A stretch of 38,118 nt of DNA from a virus (Duplodnaviria; Caudoviricetes). Location of the stretch: IMG/VR virus record IMGVR_UViG_3300035663_000041, positions 1-38,118 of that record. One strand, given 5' to 3'. Shown in pieces: positions 1 to 9,219 of the stretch. The notes beneath the pieces are model-generated. The model was not told the DNA's origin. It did not search any database and worked only from the letters and a program-made list of their open reading frames with translations. The position numbers were made by a program, and so were the translations under genes. How positions within the stretch are numbered: the stretch's first letter is position 1; the number at the start of each line of letters is the position of its first letter.

Positions 1-3000
1 TGATTTCTGACATGCAGGCGGCGCGAGAGACGCTGTCTGCCAACATGCAGAATTCAGGCTCAAAGGTTCTTGGGCTGCTCAGCAAGAAGTGGGGCGTAGA
101 GGTTACTAGTTTCGACCCTAGGGTTGCGCCTAACGCTGGCGTTGCAAAAGACCTTAAGCGAATTCGTGGCGTGATGCAGGTGCGGGAGTTGGAATGGACG
201 CAAGACCGCGAGGAGTTGGTTGCCAGCCACGTCAGCCCGGCTAGGTACCACATTCGTCTGCACAAGGAAGGGGACACCCCCGCTGCACCCCGCATGATGC
301 GCACGGTAGAGGTGGACAAGGCGGCATTTGACCGGCTGAGCAACATCTTCCACAACTCCGACAAGTTGGTGCACAGGCAGGACATCACGCTTGCTGAGCA
401 TGAGGCCCTAATCAAATCCATTCCGGGAATTGACGGGGATGCCACGCTCTACGACACGATGAGGCGGCTTGGTCTTTCTGACGTCAACTTCCGACTGGGC
501 CTCCGGCGGGAACAATTGCCGGCTGAGAAGCCTGGGCTGCAGGGCACGCGTTCTACCTCAAGTTTGGTGGAGGGCGGCGCTAAGTTCAATTGGACCAAAG
601 TGCAGCGCAAGGCACTTGTTGCCGACGAAGCAAGCGTGCAGGCTGTGCAGGATGAGTTTCAGCTGGACGAGCTTCTTGAGCATCAGAAGACTCTATACAA
701 GCAGGGCAAGGTTCTGACTGCGGGCGACGAGGCGCACTACGCGGCTACCGGCGAGTTCAGGGCTGACCCGCAGAAGATCCTGCGCATGGTCCGCAGCAAG
801 ATCAACAGTCTGAAGAAGGCTGGGTACATGACCGAGGCTGGCACCATTGAGACTGGTGGGGAAGAAGCGGTCGTTGCGCTTCTGAGCGATGAGGTTGCTG
901 GCCCCATGATGGAAGCCGCGCGGATGCGCATGGGTAGCAGGATCAAGCAGGGTGCAACTGCTGCTGAACTTGAACAAGAAGTCGTTGAAACCTACACCCA
1001 GGCGTACAACGACAAGCGGTACATCCCCCGTAATACCGTCGAGGCATACGACAAGAGCGGTCGTGCGGTGCGTTACAACCCGTACACAGGAACGGTTGAG
1101 GGGGAAACGGCCAACATCAACCCTTCTGCTAGCGGTCGCACTATGCTTCGCGGTCGAACGACGGAAGTGCCGTATCACCCTGACGACCTCCAGGAGATCG
1201 CTGACAACTTTGGTGCTACCGATTCGATGAACAAGTTGATCGAGCATTCGCGGAAGCGAACGCAAGAGCAGCTTGACAACGGAGGCGTATTCCGTGCAGT
1301 GCGTATTGCGCCGGACATTGCGGCGGCTAAGTACATCGCCAGCACCTCCCGCGACTACGTGGCGTTCTCCAAGGACTACCAGGGCGACGCGCGTGTGCGC
1401 GCTGTAATGCGCGACTACGGGCCCGGCCGCAATCCCGTCAAGTTCCCAGGCCCCACCGGCCGAATGGCATCTGGTGGTGCAATGGTCGGGTCCCGCAACC
1501 TTGAGGATGTTCCGGCTCATATGCGCCCGGCTGGTGGGTACAGCATGTGGGATCTGCTGGACTCCGATCTGCAGGCGCAGGCCAAGGCTCATACTGACAA
1601 CGAGTTTGCGGTGAATCTGTGGCGCAAGCACGTGATTCCCGCCATGTTCGGCATCAAGCCGGTGGACGATGCGGCACACGTTGCAGCTGCTTCCAAGATG
1701 CGCGAAGCGACCCTGCGGTTTGCCAACAGCAACTTCATGCGTGCGGTGGAGGGGCAGAACAAGACTGCTGCCCGGTTCATCCAGCAGATGCGTACGTGGG
1801 GGTTGGATGCAGCGGGCGATAGCGTGATGCCGTGGCAGGCTGCGACCAAGGTTCTGTACGCCAGCCACCTGGGCCTGAACATGGGCAGCGCGCTCATCAA
1901 CACGATGCAGCCCCTTCAAGCGGTGCACGTGCTTGGCTTCAAGGAAACGGCCAAGGCGTACGGCCAGAGCTTTGAGATGATGTGGAACTACATCAAGGGT
2001 CGTGCGGAACTCGGCCCGCGCGCTACGATGGAGCAGCTGCAGGCACTCAAGGACAAGCATTTCACCCGTGACGTTGGCGGCAAGTTGGTCAAGCTGACGG
2101 ACGTGGCGGACATCTCGTCTACTTGGGGCATGACGGATCAGGCTGGGTTTGGCGTGAATCCCACGCTGGGCAAGCCGAAGTTCAGCATGCTTGAGATGAT
2201 GATGAAGATGTTCCAGGGTGCGGAAACCCTCAATCGCACAGTGACTGCCAACGCTGTGTTGAACAGTTACCAGAGCGCAGGACGGTTCTCCGGGCTGGAT
2301 GCCGAGCGCGCTGTGATGGACGCCCGAGTTGCGGTGCAGCAGTTCCAGTTTGGCAGCAGCCCCCTCAACCGCCCCTTCTTGTTCTACACCGGCATTGGTC
2401 GCAATCCGGCCATGCGGCAGTTTGCGCAGTACGGTCTCCGTTCGTTTGCCAACCTGTTCACAACTCCGGTGATGGTCAGCCCTGAGCGCAAGGTTGGTCC
2501 TTTCACGATCAAGGACAAGGGTACGCTGAGCCGTGCGGCAATCAACCTGACTGATCTCAGCAGCATGGCAGCGGTGAGTGCGGTGGTGTACGAGATTGGC
2601 AAGAACATGCTGGGCGTCGATGTGAGCCGCGGCCTTGCGTTCGGTGGCGTGACGGATATTGTGGGTGGCCAAGGCGCGCTGAACAAGAAAGACTTCCCCA
2701 TGTTCGTCCCGCCCGTGCTGGACGTGGGCTGGGGAGTTGCGCGGTATCTGGGCACTGGCGACTCGGAGATCCTGCAGGACTGGGCGCCTCGCGCTATTCC
2801 GGGCGGTGTCGCCATCAGTCGCGCGCTTGGTGTTGCGCCGCAGGAAGAGACCATTCAGGCACTTGGGCTACAGAAGACGTTTGCTGACTGGCGGCAGGCT
2901 GAGAGCGGCATGGTCCCGGTGTACAACAGCGATGGTCGGTTCATGGGCCAGTACCCCACCAGCGACCTGGTGCTGCGTGCGTTGGGTGCAGACATGGGGC

Positions 3001-3362
3001 GGTTCAACAACCCGCAGGAGGTAGAGCAGTTCCTCATGAAGAACCGCGACGCCATCCGAGACCATCGCCGACGCTACATCGCTGCCGTGCTTGGCAACAA
3101 CATGAGCGCAGCCAAGGCGGTCAAGAACGAGTTTGAGTCCCGTTTCAACATGCCGTTGACGGTGACGCAAGACCAGTTCAAACAGGCTCAGAAGCTGCGG
3201 GATCGGTCAATTGTCAGCCGCACGCTGGACACGATGGACCGCACGGTGCGCGACCAGTACCGCGAGGCGGTGGCGCAGTCGCTGCCCGGTCAGTTGATGG
3301 ATATGGAAGAAGAGAACCGGCCGCAGGAGCGTGGCGATGTGTACCGCTTCGGATACCGCTAA
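1..3362 (+). CDS. Large putative internal virion (DNA ejection) protein, probably 5'-truncated by the window edge
   Basis: At least 1116 aa. The frame is open from the window start and the first ATG is at 12. Ala/Gly/Met-rich helical composition, at the end of the structural strand; size and position resemble podovirus internal virion proteins. Confidence 0.55.
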   Translation, partial: ISDMQAARETLSANMQNSGSKVLGLLSKKWGVEVTSFDPRVAPNAGVAKDLKRIRGVMQVRELEWTQDREELVASHVSPARYHIRLHKEGDTPAAPRMMRTVEVDKAAFDRLSNIFHNSDKLVHRQDITLAEHEALIKSIPGIDGDATLYDTMRRLGLSDVNFRLGLRREQLPAEKPGLQGTRSTSSLVEGGAKFNWTKVQRKALVADEASVQAVQDEFQLDELLEHQKTLYKQGKVLTAGDEAHYAATGEFRADPQKILRMVRSKINSLKKAGYMTEAGTIETGGEEAVVALLSDEVAGPMMEAARMRMGSRIKQGATAAELEQEVVETYTQAYNDKRYIPRNTVEAYDKSGRAVRYNPYTGTVEGETANINPSASGRTMLRGRTTEVPYHPDDLQEIADNFGATDSMNKLIEHSRKRTQEQLDNGGVFRAVRIAPDIAAAKYIASTSRDYVAFSKDYQGDARVRAVMRDYGPGRNPVKFPGPTGRMASGGAMVGSRNLEDVPAHMRPAGGYSMWDLLDSDLQAQAKAHTDNEFAVNLWRKHVIPAMFGIKPVDDAAHVAAASKMREATLRFANSNFMRAVEGQNKTAARFIQQMRTWGLDAAGDSVMPWQAATKVLYASHLGLNMGSALINTMQPLQAVHVLGFKETAKAYGQSFEMMWNYIKGRAELGPRATMEQLQALKDKHFTRDVGGKLVKLTDVADISSTWGMTDQAGFGVNPTLGKPKFSMLEMMMKMFQGAETLNRTVTANAVLNSYQSAGRFSGLDAERAVMDARVAVQQFQFGSSPLNRPFLFYTGIGRNPAMRQFAQYGLRSFANLFTTPVMVSPERKVGPFTIKDKGTLSRAAINLTDLSSMAAVSAVVYEIGKNMLGVDVSRGLAFGGVTDIVGGQGALNKKDFPMFVPPVLDVGWGVARYLGTGDSEILQDWAPRAIPGGVAISRALGVAPQEETIQALGLQKTFADWRQAESGMVPVYNSDGRFMGQYPTSDLVLRALGADMGRFNNPQEVEQFLMKNRDAIRDHRRRYIAAVLGNNMSAAKAVKNEFESRFNMPLTVTQDQFKQAQKLRDRSIVSRTLDTMDRTVRDQYREAVAQSLPGQLMDMEEENRPQERGDVYRFGYR

Positions 3363-3805
3363 AGACTGAACCACAGTTGCAGCTGCTTGCCGGGCAGGTA
3401 GCGCACACCCGCAGGCACACGCCGCTTCTCAAACCTGCTGTCCGCAAAGTCCTTGCCTTTCTCTGCCGCAATGATGCTCTTCATCTGGAGCAGGGCGGAC
3501 TCCTGAAACCGTGCACTCACGACCTTCTGCCGGTGGGGGAGTAGGTGGAGTCCGATGGTCGCGCCAGGGCCACACCAGATTACGGGCTGGTATTCCCGCT
3601 CGAAGTGTTGCAGTGCTTCTTGTGGGTGCTTGCCGCGTAGGGTGTGGATTGCTATGCCCCACCAGCCCGTGGGCGTGGGGAGGATGCCGGCGTATGCGGG
3701 GAGGGATTCGGTGATGTCGGTGTAGGGGCTGGGGCCTGTGACCGAAAGTGGTTCACCGGGGTGCTGGTAGATGGTGGCGGATAGCCCGTGTTCAGACGGT
3801 TGCAC
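3359..3805 (-). CDS. Hypothetical protein
   Basis: 148 aa ORF overlapping the upstream gene; its stop overlaps the stop of the convergent + strand gene by 4 nt. Confidence 0.6.
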   Translation of the reverse strand: MQPSEHGLSATIYQHPGEPLSVTGPSPYTDITESLPAYAGILPTPTGWWGIAIHTLRGKHPQEALQHFEREYQPVIWCGPGATIGLHLLPHRQKVVSARFQESALLQMKSIIAAEKGKDFADSRFEKRRVPAGVRYLPGKQLQLWFSL

Positions 3806-4238
3806 GCTGTGATTCTACGAACTCCCGCAGTTCCGCAATGACCGATTCGCATTCTTCGAGGTAGTTCAGGATGCCAGCGGACCCCACCCCGCGATTGCAC
3901 ATGCGCCGCACTTCGGTGGCAACATGGTGCTTGAGGCTACCGCCCTTCGCTTCCGACATGGCAACAGCCTGGAACTGGTTTGGGTCCAGCTTATGCATGC
4001 GCTCGACTTGGATGTTCGGTTGCACTTCCCGCCAGATGCTGATGACCAGATCTGATTCGGTTGGTGTGCTGGTTGCGTAGGTGACGGTGACCGATGCGTC
4101 TTGCTCAATGTTGTCGGGTGCTGAAACCTGCACGTTGATCGGAGGCGTACCACAGGCCGCGATCACTTTGGCTACGTACCTGGCAATCTCATGGGCACGA
4201 TTGAGCGAAATGGGGAACACAAACCGGGTGTGGTACAT
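3792..4238 (-). CDS. Hypothetical protein
   Basis: 148 aa ORF with GAAAGGA RBS upstream of the ATG. Confidence 0.75.
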   Translation of the reverse strand: MYHTRFVFPISLNRAHEIARYVAKVIAACGTPPINVQVSAPDNIEQDASVTVTYATSTPTESDLVISIWREVQPNIQVERMHKLDPNQFQAVAMSEAKGGSLKHHVATEVRRMCNRGVGSAGILNYLEECESVIAELREFVESQRATV

Positions 4239-4249
4239 GGATCCTTTCG

Positions 4250-4352
4250 GTCCCCCACGGAAAACCCCCAGTCGCTCTCCGTCGTTCGGGGCAACTGGGG
4301 GTCTATCCGGGGGACTATGAGGGGGAGGGCACCTTGCGGGTAACCCTCCCCC
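4250..4352 (-). other. Two GC-rich intergenic hairpins (RNA processing or stabilising elements)
   Basis: Rod GTCCCC..ACCCCCAGT/ACTGGGGGT..GGGGAC (4250-4315) and stem GGGGGAGGG/CCCTCCCCC (4321-4352). Confidence 0.55.
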
Positions 4353-4383
4353 GGCTGGTGGGGTCTCGGTATGGTAACAGAAC

Positions 4384-4905
4384 TCAGCCCGCGAGCGGCT
4401 TCACAAGGAAGTCCTTGCGGTAAATCTTGCCGTTGACGTTGTCGTACTGGCACTTCACGACTACCGCCACAGCGTCCTGACCGTTGATCTTGCCATCGGC
4501 GTCCGCGAGTGCGGTTCCGATATCCTTGACGTCACGGCGGAGGATGGTCTGAAGGTGACCCTTCAGGCGACGCATCTCGATCTCGGTGCGCATGCGGCCC
4601 TTGTCGTCCAAGATGCTAGTGTCCTGCGGCAGACGGAAGGCAGAGCCGTCGAACGAGCGGGGCTCGTTGGGCGAATCCGTATCGTTGATGAGCTGGTAGC
4701 GGAAGACGATGTCGGTGCCGGGCACCTTCTGGCCGTCAGGCATCTTGTACTCGCTGGCGCGGACGGTGAGGCTAGACACGAACACTTCGTGCTGACCCTC
4801 GGCCGGCCACCAACCGCCAGCACCCATGCCGTTGTCGGGCTGCGCGTTGGCGAATGCGCTGTTGAGCGAGTTGAACATGGACTTGACGTTGTTCTCAATG
4901 GGCAT
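4384..4905 (-). CDS. DUF669-like single-stranded DNA-binding protein
   Basis: Likely start MPIENN (ATG 4905, GGAG RBS). 'WPAEGQHEVFVSSL' fits the DUF669 P-x-G-aromatic start. Lies directly after a Sak4-like ATPase. Confidence 0.6.
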   Translation of the reverse strand: MPIENNVKSMFNSLNSAFANAQPDNGMGAGGWWPAEGQHEVFVSSLTVRASEYKMPDGQKVPGTDIVFRYQLINDTDSPNEPRSFDGSAFRLPQDTSILDDKGRMRTEIEMRRLKGHLQTILRRDVKDIGTALADADGKINGQDAVAVVVKCQYDNVNGKIYRKDFLVKPLAG

Positions 4906-4979
4906 CTGATTCTCCGAATAGAGAGGTGAAAGAAACGAAACAAACAAAACGAAGATGGGAAGCGAACGCGTACCCCGCG

Positions 4980-5879
4980 TCAGCGGGACGCGTTCGCGGT
5001 CTCGTACGCAGAGCAGAACGCCTGCCATGCGGAATCACGTGGCAACTCAATGGTCGTCAGGGGTGACAAGGTGCGCACCTTGGCAATGCCCTCGAGCTTC
5101 GGGTTGTCGAATGAGCAGTAGTGACGGCGGACCTTCTCTTGGCTGGTGACCTTGCGAGTCACAACCTTGCCGCCGACGTTGGCCTCTTGGTCCCGTGTGA
5201 TTTCCTTGATGTCCCACTGGGCCGTGATCGGAATCACGATATCGAACATGGGGAACATGCGGGCATACAGACCGTCGCTGATGAGGATCTTGTACTCCTC
5301 GACGTTCTGATTCTCGCTCAGCGGGACGTGCTTGCGAGAGAGGTGGGCGATGTAGTAGACCCCGTAGCCGTGGCGGCGCAGGGTTGTACCAAACTCGATG
5401 AGTGTGTCAAACAACCGCTCCCATCCAAGGCGTCCGTCCACATCGGTGAAGCGTTCGCGGCCGTAGATCTTGGCGATGTGCGGACGAAGAAGACGAATTG
5501 CAGCACCGAGCGTATCAATGACAACCGTTTCGGGACGAGGCTGGTTGTTCTTGGCGAGTTCAATGAGCACCTTCTGCTTTGCTTCAAGGGCTGCCCAGTC
5601 GAGGACAACGGGCTGCCCACGTTCGTCTACTGAACGTCCGTCCGGGCCCGGCGTCGGAAACATGACGGCTTCGCTCGTGCCGCAGACAGCCGGCGTCTCA
5701 TCGAGGTTGAGGATGTATGCACCAGGGTGCGACTGGAGGAGGAAAGACTTTCCGCAGCCAGCCTCGCCGACCACAAGGCCAAGCATGCGGGCAGGAGTAG
5801 TGCGACCAGTAGTAACTGCATTGCCGAGACCTGCGTATTTGGATGCGACAGTGGAACCGTGTGTGACGGAGTGGGTCAT
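4980..5879 (-). CDS. Sak4-like / AAA_24 recombination ATPase
   Basis: Walker A GEAGCGKS, Walker B VVIDT, 'YYIAH' motif; located between nuclease and SSB genes. Confidence 0.8.
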   Translation of the reverse strand: MTHSVTHGSTVASKYAGLGNAVTTGRTTPARMLGLVVGEAGCGKSFLLQSHPGAYILNLDETPAVCGTSEAVMFPTPGPDGRSVDERGQPVVLDWAALEAKQKVLIELAKNNQPRPETVVIDTLGAAIRLLRPHIAKIYGRERFTDVDGRLGWERLFDTLIEFGTTLRRHGYGVYYIAHLSRKHVPLSENQNVEEYKILISDGLYARMFPMFDIVIPITAQWDIKEITRDQEANVGGKVVTRKVTSQEKVRRHYCSFDNPKLEGIAKVRTLSPLTTIELPRDSAWQAFCSAYETANASR

Positions 5880-5900
5880 GATGACTCCTTGGGTGAGGGG

Positions 5901-6395
5901 TTAGTTGGCGAAATCGTTGCCGCCGAGGAACGCAGGCGCACGCAAGCCACCGGGCAGGATGGTTGGCATGTTGTCGTTGAATGCCTCAATCGGGATTTCG
6001 TGCTGTCTAGGCGTCATGTCCCATTGAACCGGAGCATCTGGATCCACGGGCTCTTCTACCCTTGCAGTCCGGGTAGCACCCTGTGCCTGCATGGGCCCGA
6101 TGAATCCATCCGGGCGAGGCATGGCCTTCCAGCCGGGGATGCGCACCTCGATCCGCTTCTGGAACGTGACGCCCAGATCCTCGCACCACCCTGCAAAGGT
6201 GGAGTAGGACATCCGAACCTCATGCTCTTCGCAGAACTTCTGGTGCAGCTGCTGCCGCGTTTCGATCCCGTGGTCGCCGGACACGAGGTCAGCGATGCGG
6301 GGTGCGATGACGGCGCGCAGGGTTTCCATCCACATGACGGGGCCCAGAACTGCGCGGGTTCCCTCTTGGCTGGTGGGGTTAGTCGTCTCCTCCAT
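5901..6395 (-). CDS. Hypothetical protein (possible HTH plus disordered tail with FIGPM motif)
   Basis: 164 aa, overlaps the nuclease stop; 'SYSTFAGWCEDLG' is HTH-like. Confidence 0.65.
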   Translation of the reverse strand: MEETTNPTSQEGTRAVLGPVMWMETLRAVIAPRIADLVSGDHGIETRQQLHQKFCEEHEVRMSYSTFAGWCEDLGVTFQKRIEVRIPGWKAMPRPDGFIGPMQAQGATRTARVEEPVDPDAPVQWDMTPRQHEIPIEAFNDNMPTILPGGLRAPAFLGGNDFAN

Positions 6396-7608
6396 TGTCG
6401 ATCTCCGTGTGGCTATCTCGGTCGCGTTGCAGGAAACCTTCAGCCAGGATCAACTCAGGCCACTTGCCGGGTTCAACGAGGTGGAATGCCATGTACGGCG
6501 ACGGCGTACCGTGCTGCACTACTGGGTCACCAATCTCGAATTCGCTGGGCTGCGCGGGACGCTGCGTGTAATTCCGGATGAAGGACAGACGCGCATTGTA
6601 CTCCACTTGCATATCAGTGCAAGTGAGAAGCTCCGAAGATGTCGTAGAAATTGCGATGCACGGATCGGTCAGTCGCTCGGGCTCGAAGTGGCTGTACTCA
6701 CCACGGCCAAGGTACCAATCAATGCAACGCTGTTCGTACAGGTACGGGTCTGGCTCGCCCGTGTACACCTTCTCGTTGCGCGGCTCGCCTTTGCGGGGGC
6801 CGGACTTGAACGGCGTTGTGTCCAACTCAAAGGGCCTGTCCTTCATGCCGAACTCGATGCTCGGCTTGCGGATAGCGATGTGCAAGACCCCACCAATCTG
6901 CTCAGGCGTGCAGTACGCAAGTTGGAATGCGGTGTCCTGCCGGCACTTGTCGGCGTAGGTGTGGTAGTAGTGCTGGGTCTGGAACTCCAGCGGGCAGGTC
7001 TGGAGGCGGGCGTTGGTGGACATGGCCGTGGTCTTGAAGTCCACGATCCAGAACTTGCCAGCCTTGTCCCGCACGATGACGTCGGGCTGGATGAGGCGGT
7101 CGCCATGCAGGATCTCGGGCTCCTGCTCGACCACAGTCCAGTCCTCCGCAAACCGCTGGGCCAGGGTACGGCCGCTGCCGTCTGGGATCTGGAGGGCGGC
7201 GTTGAACCACGCGATGCTGGTGCGTGCGTCCTGCTCCTCCCGCGCAACCATCTCCCGGATCTTCTCGCTGCTGGAGCCGAGGGCCTTGGCCACGTCCCGC
7301 AGCTCGTCGCACCGCGCAGCGATAGCCGCTTCCAGCGTCAGGGCTCGGTCGGTGGGGTCATCGAGGATGCACGCGAACGCAAGGTGCACCCAGCTGCCGC
7401 GGGTCAGGGCCTTGCTGTACTGGAACGCCTTGACCAGACCAAGACGGCGGGCAAGGTAGTAAGTTCGGGGGCATGAGCGCACGAGCCGGTAGTCGCTCGA
7501 GCGAATGGGGGGCTTGCGGGCAAAGATGCCGTGGGCCTCGAGCCAGTGACGGACGTTTGGGTCAATGATGCTGTACGGGTAATGGACGGACTCGGTTGGT
7601 GGGGGCAT
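6379..7608 (-). CDS. PD-(D/E)XK exonuclease (RecB/Cas4-like phage recombination nuclease)
   Basis: 'CPRTYYL', 'RGSWVH', 'QPDVIV...IVDFKTT' and 'QTQHY' motifs; AGGAG RBS. Confidence 0.85.
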   Translation of the reverse strand: MPPPTESVHYPYSIIDPNVRHWLEAHGIFARKPPIRSSDYRLVRSCPRTYYLARRLGLVKAFQYSKALTRGSWVHLAFACILDDPTDRALTLEAAIAARCDELRDVAKALGSSSEKIREMVAREEQDARTSIAWFNAALQIPDGSGRTLAQRFAEDWTVVEQEPEILHGDRLIQPDVIVRDKAGKFWIVDFKTTAMSTNARLQTCPLEFQTQHYYHTYADKCRQDTAFQLAYCTPEQIGGVLHIAIRKPSIEFGMKDRPFELDTTPFKSGPRKGEPRNEKVYTGEPDPYLYEQRCIDWYLGRGEYSHFEPERLTDPCIAISTTSSELLTCTDMQVEYNARLSFIRNYTQRPAQPSEFEIGDPVVQHGTPSPYMAFHLVEPGKWPELILAEGFLQRDRDSHTEIDNGGDD

Positions 7609-7628
7609 AGGTGGGACTCCTGTGGTGA

Positions 7629-7664
7629 GCGAATGCGGGGCGCACCGCGCTCCCCCGCATTCGC
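7629..7664 (-). other. Leader hairpin upstream of the nuclease gene
   Basis: GCGAATGCGGGG...CCCCGCATTCGC 12-bp stem. Confidence 0.55.
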
Positions 7665-7909
7665 GACTATAGGGGGAGAGGGTGTAGTATGTAGTTCACT
7701 CACCGATGATCTAATCACCCGAAGATGCCGGACTCCGGCAATGGGGGTAGTGGGAATCCCTCTCGGTGAGAAAATTTGTACACGTTATTTTGACTTGTCG
7801 ATCCGCCGTACACGTTTTGGTACGAAGCGGTCGTTTCGTAAGCGGTAAGGAAAAGTGGTAAGTGTTTCTTACCGTTTTCCGGAACCGGAAAATTCAAGAA
7901 ATTGGAAAT

Positions 7910-8176
7910 TTAAGTTCCACCCTGACGGTAGCCCAGACGCCAGAGCAACCGGGCAATGTCAGTGGCAGTGTCTGCTACCGCCTGCTCGTCAAGCTCGGGT
8001 CGGATGCAGTGCAAGGCTTCGTGGATGATGGTGTCCATCTTGTCCTTCTCGGACGGCCACGTGCCGATGCGGATGATGCGTCCCTCGACGTGGCCTGGAT
8101 CCTGCATGTCACCGTAGTCCCGCATGTTGGGGACAAAGCGCAGGGTCCAGTACTTGCCGCCGAGTCGGACACGCAT
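7910..8176 (-). CDS. Small HEXXH zinc-metallopeptidase-like protein
   Basis: 'TIIHEALH' followed by 'DEQAV' (third ligand); 88 aa. Confidence 0.65.
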   Translation of the reverse strand: MRVRLGGKYWTLRFVPNMRDYGDMQDPGHVEGRIIRIGTWPSEKDKMDTIIHEALHCIRPELDEQAVADTATDIARLLWRLGYRQGGT

Positions 8177-8188
8177 GGCTGGTGGGGC

Positions 8189-9103
8189 CTAGTGGGCGAG
8201 ATGGAATTCAGGGGTGAGTTGGTAGTACGTATTGACTTTGTTGCCGGTCGAGCGTCCGGCCTTCTTTGCTAGATACAGACGCATCCAGACTGCGCCCTGC
8301 ACTTCAGGACCACGACCCTGCTCGATGTGCCAGCCGCTATGACCGTCACCAAACTCGTCTTTGTAGGTACCGGTACGGACGTGGTACTGGATGTCGCTGA
8401 CGATGCGGGAACCGTGCTTGTCACAGACCAGGCGCTCGCGGGACAGGGGCATGAACCACTGCTTGTGCACGTGTCCCTGCACGATGATGTCCGCGTCTGG
8501 CATAATGGCTGCGTTGCGCCTGACCTTCAGGGTGTCGAAGGACATGAGGGCTGCACCGCCGGAGCCGTGGAAATACTTCAGGCTCAGCGAATAGCGCTCG
8601 TTGTTGATCTCGACATTGAACTTGATCCATCCACCGTATCCTCCAGGATACACCTTGTGGCCAGACTGCTGGCTCATGCGCTCGCAGGTGCGCTCGGTGA
8701 TGTCCGTCTCGCAGTTCTTCAGGATCGCGGACTCGTGGTTGCCACGACCGATCACTACGAAGTTCTCGGAGTAGGGAGCGTAGAAGTCGGAGGCGTGCCG
8801 GACTAGGGAATCGAGGTAGTCCGCAGCCAGTGCATGCTCTTCTCGAATGCCCGCCTTGTTGCGGCGAGGATCAAACTTGCCTTCCATGGCGCAGTGCAGA
8901 TCGCCGACATCAATGATGCCAGCCTTCCTTTCACGCGCTTCATTGAGGTGTTTGAGTTCGAGGTCATGGTCGGCGTGGGGGTTGTCGTGGTGACGGTCCC
9001 CGGACAGCAGGAACCACCACTCATTCGTTCGCGAAGTGCAATCGAGATCGACAAGGTGGATGTTCCTTGTCGCTGCCCTCACTTGGAACGGGACGTTTGC
9101 CAT
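8189..9103 (-). CDS. Calcineurin-like metallophosphoesterase
   Basis: Motifs DRH, GD, GNHE, H (YFHG) and GHVH. Start MANVPF coupled by a TGATG overlap. Confidence 0.85.
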   Translation of the reverse strand: MANVPFQVRAATRNIHLVDLDCTSRTNEWWFLLSGDRHHDNPHADHDLELKHLNEARERKAGIIDVGDLHCAMEGKFDPRRNKAGIREEHALAADYLDSLVRHASDFYAPYSENFVVIGRGNHESAILKNCETDITERTCERMSQQSGHKVYPGGYGGWIKFNVEINNERYSLSLKYFHGSGGAALMSFDTLKVRRNAAIMPDADIIVQGHVHKQWFMPLSRERLVCDKHGSRIVSDIQYHVRTGTYKDEFGDGHSGWHIEQGRGPEVQGAVWMRLYLAKKAGRSTGNKVNTYYQLTPEFHLAH

Positions 9104-9219
9104 CAGATCTTGGAGCCATGCTTCTTGCAGAGGTACCAGCCGGCAACGAAGCCGATGACACCGAGCAGGCCCGCGAACCAAAGGTTACCGAGGAAATCAG
9201 AGAAGTCAGCAAGGATCAT
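9103..9219 (-). CDS. 38-aa single-TM membrane protein (holin/antiholin-like), not in the ORF track
   Basis: MILADFSDFLGNLWFAGLLGVIGFVAGWYLCKKHGSKI; ATGA overlap upstream and TGATG overlap downstream. Confidence 0.7.
   Translation of the reverse strand: MILADFSDFLGNLWFAGLLGVIGFVAGWYLCKKHGSKI

Noticed and set aside
693-2672. 659-aa minus-strand ORF, and similar long antisense ORFs (6295-7476, 12968-14428, 31484-33301, 33534-34634, 34477-35451)
   Set aside because: These are shadow ORFs opposite well-supported genes, expected in GC-rich DNA with biased codons; they show no motifs.
3359-3362. Bidirectional terminator at the convergence of the two gene blocks
   Set aside because: The stop codons overlap by 4 nt and no hairpin with a U tract is visible there.
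6379-7608. Cas4-like nuclease as evidence of a CRISPR system
   Set aside because: No repeat-spacer array or other cas genes are visible, and the context is a Sak4/SSB recombination module.
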